NCBI GenBank assembly: GCA_945868505.1
Contig: CAMBLO010000004.1
Span: 45,063-109,062, forward strand
Reading direction: 5' to 3'
DNA length: 64,000 nucleotides
DNA from: an uncultured Clostridia bacterium
GTDB lineage: Bacteria; Bacillota; Clostridia; Lachnospirales; Anaerotignaceae
A model generated the notes under the pieces. The model made no database searches. It was not told the DNA's origin and worked only from the letters and a program-made list of their open reading frames with translations. Below, one piece after another: positions 53,565-63,664 of this stretch. The translations under genes and the position numbers were made by a program. Position 1 is the first letter of the stretch. The number at the start of each line of letters is the position of its first letter.

Positions 53565-54656
53565 TTGGAGGTGGGGAAGATTTCCTCGTTATTGGTTACA
53601 ATTATTCTTCTTGGTATTTTGGTGATTGTCCATGAATTTGGGCATTTCATTGTTGCAAAAAAAAGCGGAATATGGGTGCAGGAATTTGCCATTGGCATGG
53701 GGCCAAAGATATTTTCCCGCATGAAAGGCGATACAGAATATAGTATCCGTGCTTTGCCCTTGGGAGGTTTTTGCCGTATGGAAGGGGGCGCAGAGGAAGA
53801 GGGGAATCCAAGCCCGACTTCTTTTTTGAGCAAGTCAATCGGTGTGCGGCTGGCAGTTATGGCGGCAGGGCCTTTGATGAACTTTATTTTGGCGTTTATC
53901 ATGCTCTTCGGTCTGACTTGCACCAGCTTTACGGCAACGCCGGAAATTGGGAAAGTCCTGCCGGATTCCGCAGCGGCGGAGATTGGTCTGGAAGCAGGCG
54001 ATACCATCAAAAAAATCAACGGAAAGACCATCCATATCTATGATGAACTGCAATATATTCTGCAGCAGAACCGTGGTGAAGCCATTCTTCTGGATATCAT
54101 TGGAAATGATGGTCAGCACTATAGATATGAATTGCAGCCGAAGCTGGATGAAGCATCGGGCAGATACCTGATTGGCTTCAACCCTCAAATTTATGCAGGT
54201 CTTTTTGCGGAGGAAAAAGAAGGCTTTCAAACGATGAGCGTTGGTGAAACAGCCCATTACAGCTATTTTGCCATGATTAACTATGTGAAAATGACGGCAG
54301 AAGGCTTGCTGCGGGTATTTACATTTACGGCGGAAAGCGATGAATACGGAGGCCCCATTGCTATTATGAAAATAGTCGGGGACAGCTACGAAGCTGGCTT
54401 GGAATACAGTCTGAAAGCGGCAATTCAAAATGTCGTTTATATTGGTGCGGTACTAAGTGCCAATCTGGGCGTACTGAACCTATTTCCCATTCCTGCATTG
54501 GATGGCGGGAGAATCTTATTCCTGCTGATCGAAGCCATCCGAAGGAAACCTATGGATATGGAGACAGAAGCAAAACTACAGTTCCTTGGGTTTATGTTCC
54601 TGATTGGGCTGATGGTGTTCGTCATCCTAGGAGATATCTCAAAATTTATCATATAA
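53565..54656 (+). CDS. rseP: RIP metalloprotease RseP (site-2 protease, M50 family) with a PDZ domain
   Basis: The HEFGH zinc motif lies in the first TM region, a PDZ-like segment is present (VLPDSAAAEIGLEAGDTIKKINGK), and the C-terminus has LNLFPIPALDGG. The exact start is uncertain (TTG 53565, GTG 53571 or TTG 53592). Confidence 0.88.
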   Translation: MEVGKISSLLVTIILLGILVIVHEFGHFIVAKKSGIWVQEFAIGMGPKIFSRMKGDTEYSIRALPLGGFCRMEGGAEEEGNPSPTSFLSKSIGVRLAVMAAGPLMNFILAFIMLFGLTCTSFTATPEIGKVLPDSAAAEIGLEAGDTIKKINGKTIHIYDELQYILQQNRGEAILLDIIGNDGQHYRYELQPKLDEASGRYLIGFNPQIYAGLFAEEKEGFQTMSVGETAHYSYFAMINYVKMTAEGLLRVFTFTAESDEYGGPIAIMKIVGDSYEAGLEYSLKAAIQNVVYIGAVLSANLGVLNLFPIPALDGGRILFLLIEAIRRKPMDMETEAKLQFLGFMFLIGLMVFVILGDISKFII

Positions 54657-54664
54657 ACAGAAAG

Positions 54665-54691
54665 AACGCCTAATGAGAATTAGGCGTTTTC
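54665..54691 (+). terminator. Hairpin with a T run after rseP
   Basis: aacgcctaat (54665-74) pairs perfectly with attaggcgtt (54679-88) around the loop gaga, followed by tttt. Confidence 0.6.
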
Positions 54692-54793
54692 TGGATTCTT
54701 AAAATGTAAAGAGCAAAAGAAAGTTTCGACCTTGAGTTTGAGTCTCAAAGGGATATGGAAGGATATCCCATCGAGACAGTAGGAGGTAAAAAA

Positions 54794-55843
54794 ATGGAAA
54801 GAAAACTGACAAGAGAAGTCAAAGTAGGGAATTTGATATTGGGCGGAAAGAACCCTGTTATTCTCCAGTCCATGTGCAACACAGATACAAGAGATGTGGA
54901 CGCTACAGTGGCACAGATTTTGAAGCTGGAAGAAGCGGGCTGCGAACTGGTGCGGGTGGCGATTCCCGATATGGCGGCGGCAGATGCCGTTGGGGAAATC
55001 AAAAAACGCATCCATATCCCTTTGGTAGCGGATATTCATTTCGATTATAGACTGGCTCTGCGGGTGATGGAGTTGGGCATCGACAAAGTGCGTATCAATC
55101 CCGGCAACATCGGCGAGGAGGACCGCATTCGTCAGGTGGTGGAAATGGCGAAGGAAAAGCATATCCCCATTCGTATCGGTGTCAACAGCGGCTCTTTGGA
55201 AAAGGAACTGGTGGAAAAATACGGCGGTGTAACCCCTCAGGGGCTGGTGGAAAGCGCCCTGAAACACGTACGCATCCTTGAAAAATATGAATTTTATGAT
55301 ATTGTGGTTTCCATCAAAGCATCCGATGTGCCTTTCTCCATTGAAGCCTATCGGCTGCTTTCCGAAGCCATTCCTTACCCCATCCATGTGGGTATCACGG
55401 AAGCTGGCACGCCCTATGCAGGCACTATCAAGTCGGCTGTTGGTATCGGCACGATTTTAGCTATGGGCATTGGCGATACCATTCGTGTTTCCCTGACGGG
55501 CGACCCTGTGGAGGAAATCAAAGCGGGCAGAGAGATTTTGAAAAGCCTTGGTCTCAGAAAATTCGGCATTGAATTTGTATCTTGTCCCACTTGTGGCAGA
55601 ACAGAGATTGACCTGATTTCCATTGCCAACGAAGTAGAAGAAAAATGCAGACATATTGATAAAAACCTCAAAGTGGCAGTTATGGGCTGTGTGGTAAATG
55701 GCCCCGGCGAAGCCAGAGAAGCCGATTTGGGCATTGCCGGCGGCAAAGGCGTTGGTCTGGTGTTCAAAAAGGGCGAAATCATCCGTAAGGTACAGGAGGA
55801 CCAGTTGGTTTCTGCCTTGATGGAAGAAATCGAAAAGGCTTGA
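54794..55843 (+). CDS. ispG: 4-hydroxy-3-methylbut-2-en-1-yl diphosphate synthase
   Basis: It has [23 protein letters not shown] and the C-terminal Fe-S Cys motif (SCPTCGRT...GCVVNGPGE). The ATG at 54794 follows AGGAGGT. Confidence 0.93.
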   Translation: MERKLTREVKVGNLILGGKNPVILQSMCNTDTRDVDATVAQILKLEEAGCELVRVAIPDMAAADAVGEIKKRIHIPLVADIHFDYRLALRVMELGIDKVRINPGNIGEEDRIRQVVEMAKEKHIPIRIGVNSGSLEKELVEKYGGVTPQGLVESALKHVRILEKYEFYDIVVSIKASDVPFSIEAYRLLSEAIPYPIHVGITEAGTPYAGTIKSAVGIGTILAMGIGDTIRVSLTGDPVEEIKAGREILKSLGLRKFGIEFVSCPTCGRTEIDLISIANEVEEKCRHIDKNLKVAVMGCVVNGPGEAREADLGIAGGKGVGLVFKKGEIIRKVQEDQLVSALMEEIEKA

Positions 55844-55879
55844 GGATGAAAAGATTTTTGAAAAGAAAGGAGGGAGAGC

Positions 55880-58800
55880 ATGACCACGCAGAATTTTGAA
55901 ACTGTATTTCAAAAAATATCATTATCCTTGGCTGTGCAGGAAGCCTTTCAGGGGACAGAAGTTCGCAAACTGACCATTCATAAAAAAGAACGTACTGTCA
56001 GCATGGAAATTGCGGCAAAGCAGCTTATCCCTCTGCAAAAATGGGAAGACCTGCGAGGGGAGCTTCTGAAAAACCTGCCCGGTATTCGGGAAGTGGATAT
56101 TGATATTACATACGAATTGGCAGACCAAAGCCCCGAAACCCTGGCGGAGGGTTATTGGGAAAGCATCAAGACACTGGTAAGCCACGAGAGCAAGGTCTGC
56201 GCCGGTGTGATTGCCGATGCGGAGTGGAAGATTGCTGAAAATAAGATGCAGATTCTTGTGAAAAACAACATGGCTTATTATCTGGCCCAGAAGCATTTGG
56301 ACGATGCCATCATGAAGATGATCCAGATGGAAACAGGGCAGAATCTGATGGTCCAGTTCAAAAATGTGCAGACCACTGCGGAGGATCGGGCTTTGTTTGA
56401 ACAAAAGCAGCAGGAAAAGCTGGAAGAATTAAGCCGACAGATTGTGACCACACAGGCAGAAGTAGTCAGAGAAAAGGCAGACGCAGAGGTGGCTGCAGTT
56501 TCCTCTTCCGTTTCCAAGGGCATTTTGTTGGGCAAAGAAATCAACGGCAGCAACATGAAAATCATCGATACGAAGATCGTTGGGGAAAATGTCATCATCG
56601 AAGGCAGCATTTACAATATTGAGCCGAGAGAAATTAAGGGCGAAAAATATATCGTTTCCTTTGATATTACCGACCTGAGCGATTCTACCACAGTTAAATT
56701 CTTTGTGAAAAAGAGCGTGTTCGATCAGGAATTGAGTGATAAGATTAAAAAAGGCAAGTATCTGCGGGTGCAGGGGGAAGTGCAGTTTGATAAATACACC
56801 AAAGAAATCGACATCATGGCGAAAAATATCATGACTGCCGTCGCACCGGCTCCTCGTATGGATGATTCCGAGGAAAAACGGGTGGAACTGCATCTGCATA
56901 CCCAGATGAGCAGCATGGATGGTGTGACCCACGTGAAAAAATACATTGAGCGTGCCATTGCATGGGGGCATAAGGCTATTGCCATCACCGATCACGGCGT
57001 GGTACAGGCTTTCCCCGATGCCATGAATGCCGTTGGCAAGGCTGATTTGAAGGTCATCTATGGCGTAGAGGCTTATCTGATCGATGATTTGGGCAGCGTT
57101 GTAACCATGCCCCGCGGGCAGTCTCTGGATGATACCTTCATTGTTTTCGATATTGAAACCACAGGTCTGTCCAGAGAAACGGAGGGCATTACGGAAATCG
57201 GTGCCGTAAAGGTGAAGGATGGCAAAATTATTGACCGTTTCAGCACCTTTGTGAACCCCGAAAAGCCCATTTCTGCGGAAATTACAAAGCTGACAGGCAT
57301 TACCGATGAAATGGTTGCTGATGCCCCTGTGATTCAGGATATTTTGCCGGAATTTCTGGAATTCTGCGGCGATGGGGTTCTGGTGGCCCATAATGCCAAC
57401 TTTGATACGGGTTTTATCCGTGTCAATGCAGAACGGAAATGCGGCATCGAGGTAAAGAATACTGTATTGGATACGCTGGAATTATCTCGAACATTGCTGC
57501 CGGAGCTGAATAAGCATAAACTGAATATCGTTTGCGACCATTTGGGTGTTTCCTTGGAAGGGCACCATAGAGCGGTCAACGATGCGGAAGCCACGGCGGA
57601 GGTTTTCCTGCGCTTTATTGATATGCTGGTGGAAAAGAAGATTTATCGTGTGGATGATATCAACGTTTTTGCCAGCCAAACGGTCAACTATAAGAAATTA
57701 AAAGCCCATCATGCCATTATTTTGGCGCAGAACTATACCGGTCTGAGAAATCTCTATGAGCTGATTTCTCTGTCCCATATTGACTATTTCTTCCGCAGAC
57801 CTCGTATCCCGAAAAGTAAGCTGATTCAGCATCGGGAAGGGCTGATTCTGGGCAGTGCCTGTGAAGCGGGGGAGCTGTATCGGGCCATTTTGGAGGACAA
57901 GCCCAAGCAGGTCATTGAAGAACTGGTAAATTTCTATGACTATCTGGAAATTCAGCCCTTGGGCAATAATAAATTTATGATCGATTCCCCCAGAGTAGAA
58001 GCTGTTAATTCCATGGAGGATATCATCAATATCAATAAACGGATTGTGGCTTTGGGCGAAGAACACAACAAGCCTGTTGTAGCTACCTGTGACGTTCATT
58101 TCATCGATCCTCAGGATGCGGCATTCCGTAAGATTATCATGGCTGCGGAGGGATTTGCTGATGCCGATAATCAGGCTCCCTTGTATTTCCGTACCACAAA
58201 GGAAATGCTGAAGGAATTCAGTTATCTGGGTGAAGAAAAGGCAAGAGAGGTCGTTATTACCAATACCAACAAAATCGCCGATATGATTGAAAAGATTAAG
58301 CCTATTCCCGATGAAACCTTCCCTCCTAAAATCGAAGGGGCGGATGAGGAGCTGCGGCAGATTTGCATGGATAAGGCCATTTCTATTTATGGTGACCCAC
58401 TTCCGGAAATCGTGCGGGACAGACTGGAAACAGAGCTGAACTCTATCATCAGCAACGGCTATGCGGTACTATATATCATCGCCCAGAAGCTGGTATGGAA
58501 ATCCGTTGCGGATGGCTATTTGGTTGGCTCCCGTGGTTCCGTAGGTTCCTCCTTTGCAGCGAATATGGCGGGCATCACAGAGGTAAACTCCTTGCCGCCT
58601 CACTATATTTGCCCCAACTGCAAATATTCCGATTTTGAATCGGAAGTGGTAAAAGCCTATGCTATGGAAGAAGCCAGCGGATGCGATATGCCCGATAAGG
58701 ATTGCCCTGTCTGCGGCACAAAGCTCCGCAAAGACGGGCATGATATCCCGTTCCAAACCTTCCTTGGATTTGAAGGGGATAAGGAGCCGGATATCGACCT

Positions 58801-60211
58801 GAACTTCTCCGGGGATTATCAGCAGCAGGCCCATGCCTATACGGAAGAGTTGTTCGGCAAAGGGAAGGTGTTTAAAGCCGGCACTATCGGCACACTGGCG
58901 GATAAGACTGCCTATGGCTTTGTCAAGAAATATTTTGATGCCAGAGAGATTACACCCCACAATGCGGAAATCAACCGCCTGACAGAAGGTTGTACAGGTG
59001 TAAAGCGAACCACGGGGCAGCATCCCGGTGGGCTCATGGTCGTTCCCAGCGACCATGATATCCATGAATTCTGTCCCATTCAGCGTCCTGCCAACGATGT
59101 GAATTCCACGGTAACAACGACTCATTTTGACTATCATTCCATCTCCGGCCGTTTGCTGAAACTGGACCTGCTGGGCCACGACGATCCTACGGTCATTCGT
59201 ATGCTTTACGACCTGACGGGGGTAAACCCCCAGGATGTACCTTTGGGCGATCCTGAAACCATGTCTCTCTTTGAATCCCCCGCGGCGTTGGGGGTAACAG
59301 CAGAGGAAATTAACTGCAAAACCGGTACTTTGGGTATTCCGGAATTTGGTACGAAATTTGTTCGTGGAATGCTATTGGATACGAAGCCAAAGACCTTTGC
59401 GGATTTGCTGCGTATCTCCGGTCTTTCCCATGGTACGGATGTTTGGCTGGGGAATGCCCAGACCTTGATTGAAAATGGCACAATTACCCTGAAAGAAACT
59501 ATTTCCACCCGTGACAGTATTATGATTTACCTCATCAATAAAGGGGTAGAAAAAAAGAAGTCCTTTAAAATCATGGAAAAGGTAAGAAAAGGGAAGGGTC
59601 TGACCGATGAGGATATCGTAGATATGAAAGCAGCGAATGTTCCTGACTGGTATATTGAATCCTGTCAGAAAATTAAATATATGTTCCCGAAGGCCCATGC
59701 TGCGGCTTATGTCATGATGGCATTCCGTATTGCGTATTTTAAAATCAACTATCCCGAAGCCTATTATGCTTCTTATTTTTCCGTAAGAGCCTGCGACGAC
59801 TTTGACTATTCCTGTATGTGTAAGGGGATTGATGTGGCAAGAGAAGCCATCAAGGAAATTCACGCCAAAGGGCAGGAGGCTACGGCCAAGGATAAGAGTA
59901 AGCAGACGGTATTGGAGATCGTCGTTGAGTTTTATGCCAGAGGGTTCAAATTCTGTCCCATCGACTTATATAAATCCGATGCGAAGAATTTTATCCCCAC
60001 AGAAGATGGGCTGCTGCCACCGTTCAGTTCTTTGCAGGGCTTGGGCGTCAATGCTGCCCAGAGTATTGTAGAGGGCAGAAAAGACGGGGAATTCAAAACC
60101 TTGGAGGAATTGAAGGAGCGTACTTCTTTGGGCCGTTCCCTCATCGATTTGCTGAAAGAAAACGGCGTACTGGACGGTATCCCTGAAACCAATCAATTAA
60201 GTTTGTTCTGA
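55880..60211 (+). CDS. polC: DNA polymerase III alpha subunit, PolC type
   Basis: The 1,443-aa protein has a PHP domain, the inserted DEDD 3'-5' exonuclease (FIVFDIETTGL...HNANFDTGF...HRAVNDAEA), the polymerase core and the Zn finger CPNC...CPVCG. Confidence 0.97.
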   Translation: MTTQNFETVFQKISLSLAVQEAFQGTEVRKLTIHKKERTVSMEIAAKQLIPLQKWEDLRGELLKNLPGIREVDIDITYELADQSPETLAEGYWESIKTLVSHESKVCAGVIADAEWKIAENKMQILVKNNMAYYLAQKHLDDAIMKMIQMETGQNLMVQFKNVQTTAEDRALFEQKQQEKLEELSRQIVTTQAEVVREKADAEVAAVSSSVSKGILLGKEINGSNMKIIDTKIVGENVIIEGSIYNIEPREIKGEKYIVSFDITDLSDSTTVKFFVKKSVFDQELSDKIKKGKYLRVQGEVQFDKYTKEIDIMAKNIMTAVAPAPRMDDSEEKRVELHLHTQMSSMDGVTHVKKYIERAIAWGHKAIAITDHGVVQAFPDAMNAVGKADLKVIYGVEAYLIDDLGSVVTMPRGQSLDDTFIVFDIETTGLSRETEGITEIGAVKVKDGKIIDRFSTFVNPEKPISAEITKLTGITDEMVADAPVIQDILPEFLEFCGDGVLVAHNANFDTGFIRVNAERKCGIEVKNTVLDTLELSRTLLPELNKHKLNIVCDHLGVSLEGHHRAVNDAEATAEVFLRFIDMLVEKKIYRVDDINVFASQTVNYKKLKAHHAIILAQNYTGLRNLYELISLSHIDYFFRRPRIPKSKLIQHREGLILGSACEAGELYRAILEDKPKQVIEELVNFYDYLEIQPLGNNKFMIDSPRVEAVNSMEDIININKRIVALGEEHNKPVVATCDVHFIDPQDAAFRKIIMAAEGFADADNQAPLYFRTTKEMLKEFSYLGEEKAREVVITNTNKIADMIEKIKPIPDETFPPKIEGADEELRQICMDKAISIYGDPLPEIVRDRLETELNSIISNGYAVLYIIAQKLVWKSVADGYLVGSRGSVGSSFAANMAGITEVNSLPPHYICPNCKYSDFESEVVKAYAMEEASGCDMPDKDCPVCGTKLRKDGHDIPFQTFLGFEGDKEPDIDLNFSGDYQQQAHAYTEELFGKGKVFKAGTIGTLADKTAYGFVKKYFDAREITPHNAEINRLTEGCTGVKRTTGQHPGGLMVVPSDHDIHEFCPIQRPANDVNSTVTTTHFDYHSISGRLLKLDLLGHDDPTVIRMLYDLTGVNPQDVPLGDPETMSLFESPAALGVTAEEINCKTGTLGIPEFGTKFVRGMLLDTKPKTFADLLRISGLSHGTDVWLGNAQTLIENGTITLKETISTRDSIMIYLINKGVEKKKSFKIMEKVRKGKGLTDEDIVDMKAANVPDWYIESCQKIKYMFPKAHAAAYVMMAFRIAYFKINYPEAYYASYFSVRACDDFDYSCMCKGIDVAREAIKEIHAKGQEATAKDKSKQTVLEIVVEFYARGFKFCPIDLYKSDAKNFIPTEDGLLPPFSSLQGLGVNAAQSIVEGRKDGEFKTLEELKERTSLGRSLIDLLKENGVLDGIPETNQLSLF

Positions 60212-60226
60212 TACATAAAAAAGAAA

Positions 60227-60264
60227 AGCAACCAAACTATGAAAAATAGTCGGTTGCTTTTTTG
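60227..60264 (+). terminator. Rho-independent terminator after polC
   Basis: agcaacc (60227-33) pairs with ggttgct (60252-58), with additional imperfect pairing, followed by T6. Confidence 0.6.
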
Positions 60265-60281
60265 TATCAACGGAAAAATGG

Positions 60282-60363
60282 TTTGCAAGCAAATATCATA
60301 ATCCGCAGGACTGTGAAACCGTTAGGGCAACGGAATAAGACGAACTTTTATGAATGTTTTTGA
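60282..60363 (+). repeat. Intergenic ~85-nt repeat, copy 2 (candidate structured RNA element)
   Basis: It is homologous to 48236-48320. The terminal hairpin is ataaga/ttttat (60335-60351), followed by gaatgt and T5. The element abuts the stop of the convergent DUF1836 gene. Confidence 0.7.
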
Positions 60364-60367
60364 ATAT

Positions 60368-60949
60368 TTAGAAATAAGAATCCAGTGCGTGTTCTGCCAG
60401 TTGCTTTTCCGTATTGGCGCGAATCGTCAAAGCCAATACCAACAAAATACGCTTCAATTCATCATCCTGATATTCTTTCAGGAGCTCTCTTCCGTAAAAT
60501 GATTCATCAGGCTTACCTTCCGCTGCGTTCGCCAAATAGGTATTAGTGATTTTTTGCAGTGCCACAAAGCCTGCATAAATCGTTTCGATCCGCTTTGCCT
60601 GTTTCTCCTTATCCGGTTCTGCCAATGCAGACTGGAACAGAACGCCGATATCCTTAATGGAAAGGATGGATTTCAGATGGTAGATCATGATTAAGAGCAT
60701 CAGATGAGCGCGGCTATATTTTTTCTTCACCGGGGGAGGGAAGATCTTTGCCTTGGTATAGTTATTGATCATGGTCTTTGTCAGGATCTTATCCTGTTCA
60801 TTACGTTTATATTGAGCCAGACCTTTATCCATGAAGGTTGTTACCTGATCCATATAAAGGTCGATATTGGGGATATCTTCGATCTCAATGACATCGGATG
60901 AACGGATCTGAGCGGCGTAGCGATCTACCACTTCATTAAATGTGTTCAT
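60368..60949 (-). CDS. DUF1836-domain protein
   Basis: IPNIDLYMDQVTTFMD...ILTKTMINNYTKAKIFPPPVKKKYSRAHLMLLIMIYHLK is the characteristic DUF1836 core. An SD (GAGGTG) precedes the ATG at 60949. Confidence 0.7.
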   Translation of the reverse strand: MNTFNEVVDRYAAQIRSSDVIEIEDIPNIDLYMDQVTTFMDKGLAQYKRNEQDKILTKTMINNYTKAKIFPPPVKKKYSRAHLMLLIMIYHLKSILSIKDIGVLFQSALAEPDKEKQAKRIETIYAGFVALQKITNTYLANAAEGKPDESFYGRELLKEYQDDELKRILLVLALTIRANTEKQLAEHALDSYF

Positions 60950-61045
60950 ACTTCTTCACCTCGAAATTCATGTTAAATGCAGTTCCTAATTTCATCATTA
61001 TATAGTAATTTAAACTATGTCGCAAGGTTTTATCGAAAATTTTCC

Positions 61046-61074
61046 TTGAAATAGCAGGAATACTGTGCTAATAT
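61046..61074 (+). promoter_or_regulatory. Candidate sigma-A promoter (extended -10) for the hemolysin III gene
   Basis: TTGAAA (61046-51), a 17-nt spacer ending in TGC, then TAATAT (61069-74). Confidence 0.45.
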
Positions 61075-61129
61075 ATCGATATGATAATACATAGTATTGA
61101 ATACTACTTGATGTGGAGGAGATGGAATT

Positions 61130-61801
61130 ATGGAAATGATACTGGAGAAAAAAGAAAAATTTCAGGTAAAAGACCCCCTAAGTGCGTTGACACATTTTAT
61201 TGGTTTTCTGGCGGTCATCCCGGTATTTATCATTTTGATGGAAAAGGCAAGGGCGGAAGCAACGACGATGCATGTGATCGGTTTTGCGGTGTTTGGTGTA
61301 TCTTTGCTTTTACTATATGGGGCAAGCACAATTTATCATACCCTACGCCTGTCTCCTGAGAAAACAGCAGTACTGCGCCGTATCGACCACATGATGATTT
61401 TTGTATTGATCGCTGGCACCTATACGCCCGTTTGTTTGGTAACATTGCAGGGGATTTGGGGAACAGCCATGCTGATCGGTGTTTGGGGAATCGCCATTTT
61501 CGGTATTTTTATGAAAATTTTCTGGATGGGTGCGCCCCGTTGGCTTTCTACACTGATCTACGTTGTGATGGGCTGGATCTCTATCAGTGCCTTTGTTCCT
61601 TTGAAGGCTGCAACGGGCTGGGGCGGCTTGGGAATGCTTCTGTCAGGCGGCATTGCTTACACAGTCGGTGCATTGATCTATGCGCTGAAAAAGCCCAATC
61701 TGGCGATACTGAAAAGCTTCGGCTTCCATGAGATCTTCCATGTATTTGTGATGATTGGTTCTGCTTTCCATATCGCATTTATGTTCCTTTATGTGTTGTA
61801 A
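61130..61801 (+). CDS. Hemolysin III / PAQR-family channel protein
   Basis: It has 7 predicted TM helices, with SALTHFIGF, STIYHT, LRRIDHMMIF and the HEIFHVFV motif typical of the HlyIII family. Confidence 0.85.
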   Translation: MEMILEKKEKFQVKDPLSALTHFIGFLAVIPVFIILMEKARAEATTMHVIGFAVFGVSLLLLYGASTIYHTLRLSPEKTAVLRRIDHMMIFVLIAGTYTPVCLVTLQGIWGTAMLIGVWGIAIFGIFMKIFWMGAPRWLSTLIYVVMGWISISAFVPLKAATGWGGLGMLLSGGIAYTVGALIYALKKPNLAILKSFGFHEIFHVFVMIGSAFHIAFMFLYVL

Positions 61802-61860
61802 AAACAAAGAATTTAATCTAACTCTAATTGACAAACCCTTTATATATGCTAAAATGAAAT

Positions 61861-61897
61861 AGTTAGGCATCTACCTTTTAGATGCCTGACTTTTTTT
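61861..61897 (+). terminator. Strong rho-independent terminator after the hemolysin III gene
   Basis: agttaggcatcta (61861-73) pairs with tagatgcctgact (61879-91) over 13 bp with one G-T wobble and a 5-nt loop, followed by T6-7. Confidence 0.85.
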
Positions 61898-61927
61898 GAT
61901 GAATCCATTCGTTCAAGAGGTGAAAGT

Positions 61928-63664
61928 ATGAAAAAAATATGGGAATATATGAAACCCTATCAAAAACTGGCCATATTGGCACCGTTATTGATGCTGTTGG
62001 AGGTTTCAGCAGAATTGGCAATGCCCAAGATCATGACATATATGATCAATCAGGGGGTAGGTATGGGGAATGCAGCCCTGATCGCCAAAACAGGTGTTGA
62101 GATGCTGATTATTTCAGTGATTGGTATCTTCGGCGGTATCGGCTGTTTGGTTTGTGCCAGTATTGTCAGCCAGAAAACAGGTACTGATTTGAGAAGGGCA
62201 GCATTCCAAAAAATTCAGGAATTTTCCTTCCATAATATCGATACCTTTTCCACGCCTTCCCTAATCACAAGGCTGACCAATGACATTACGCAAATTCAAC
62301 TGGTGATCATGATGTGTCTGCGTATGCTGGTGCGTTCTCCCTTGCTTTGCGTGGGCAGCATCGTCATGGCATTCAGCATCAATGTAAAGATTGCATTTTT
62401 GTTTATCGCGGTTGTGCTTTTGCTGGCAGGAGCAGTTTTCCTGATTTTGAAGGCTGCATTGCCCAAATTTAAGATGGTGCAGGAAAAGCTGGATAAAGTA
62501 AATACGGTCATGCGGGAATGTCTGGCGGGTATTCGTGTTGTAAAGGCCTTTGTACGAAACGAATATGAAATGGAAAAATTCACGAATGTCAATGAAGATT
62601 ATAAAAATACCACAGTCAGTGCCTTTAAACTGATGCTGCTGATGATGCCGACCATGATGATTTTGGTAAATGGTACGATCATTGCCATCCTTTGGTTTGG
62701 CGGTCTGCAGGCTCAGGCGGGTAGTATGGCTGTAGAAGAAATCATGGCCTGCATTACATATCTGATGCAGATGATGATGGCGACCATGATGATGGCAATG
62801 AGCTTTATGTTCATTTCCAGAGCCAAGGTATCTACAGATCGATTGACAGAAGTTTTAGATACAGTAGTGGATATTGCAGACCCTGCAGATCCCAAGCTTC
62901 CTGCCGTTGCAGCGGGCAGGGTAGAATACAAAAATGTATCCTATCGCTATAAAATGGGCAGCGGCGACCCCGTTTTGGAAGGCATCTCTTTCACAGCAGA
63001 GCCCGGCGAGACCATTGGCATCCTTGGGGAGACCGGTTCCGGTAAATCGACACTGGTGAATCTGCTGCCTCGTCTGTATGATGTAACAGAAGGGCAGATT
63101 CTGGTAGATGGCGTGGATGTCAGAGAGTATGCCATTAAAGACCTGCGGAAGCGTGTTGCAGTTGTTCTGCAAGAAACAATCCTGTTTTCCGGCACCATCC
63201 GCGACAATATCAAATGGGGTAAACCCGATGCCACAGAAGAAGAAATCATTGCAGCGGCAAAAGCTGCCCAAGCCCATGACTTCATTATGGAACTGCCTGA
63301 AAAATATGATACAGAACTGGGGCAGAGAGGCGTCAATGTTTCCGGCGGGCAGAAGCAGCGTATTTCCATTGCCAGAGCGTTGATCCAAAACCCCGAAATC
63401 ATTATTTTCGACGACAGCACCAGTGCGGTGGATTCCCTGACAGAAAAGAATATCCGTCAGGCCATGAAGGAATCCCATAGCGGCTGCACAAAATTTATCA
63501 TTGCCCAGCGTATTAGCTCCGTCAGAGATGCGGATAAAATTTTGGTACTGAGTGGCGGCAGAATTGTTGCGGAAGGTAACCATAATTATCTTATGGAAAC
63601 TAGCAAGGATTATCAGGAAATTCTGGCATCTCAGATGAAAAAAGGGGTGATAACAGATGAGTGA
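61928..63664 (+). CDS. ABC transporter, fused permease/ATPase (exporter type, first of a probable heterodimer pair)
   Basis: It has six N-terminal TM helices, then the Walker A GETGSGKST, the signature VSGGQKQRISIARAL and the Walker B IIIFDDSTSAVD. Confidence 0.9.
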   Translation: MKKIWEYMKPYQKLAILAPLLMLLEVSAELAMPKIMTYMINQGVGMGNAALIAKTGVEMLIISVIGIFGGIGCLVCASIVSQKTGTDLRRAAFQKIQEFSFHNIDTFSTPSLITRLTNDITQIQLVIMMCLRMLVRSPLLCVGSIVMAFSINVKIAFLFIAVVLLLAGAVFLILKAALPKFKMVQEKLDKVNTVMRECLAGIRVVKAFVRNEYEMEKFTNVNEDYKNTTVSAFKLMLLMMPTMMILVNGTIIAILWFGGLQAQAGSMAVEEIMACITYLMQMMMATMMMAMSFMFISRAKVSTDRLTEVLDTVVDIADPADPKLPAVAAGRVEYKNVSYRYKMGSGDPVLEGISFTAEPGETIGILGETGSGKSTLVNLLPRLYDVTEGQILVDGVDVREYAIKDLRKRVAVVLQETILFSGTIRDNIKWGKPDATEEEIIAAAKAAQAHDFIMELPEKYDTELGQRGVNVSGGQKQRISIARALIQNPEIIIFDDSTSAVDSLTEKNIRQAMKESHSGCTKFIIAQRISSVRDADKILVLSGGRIVAEGNHNYLMETSKDYQEILASQMKKGVITDE

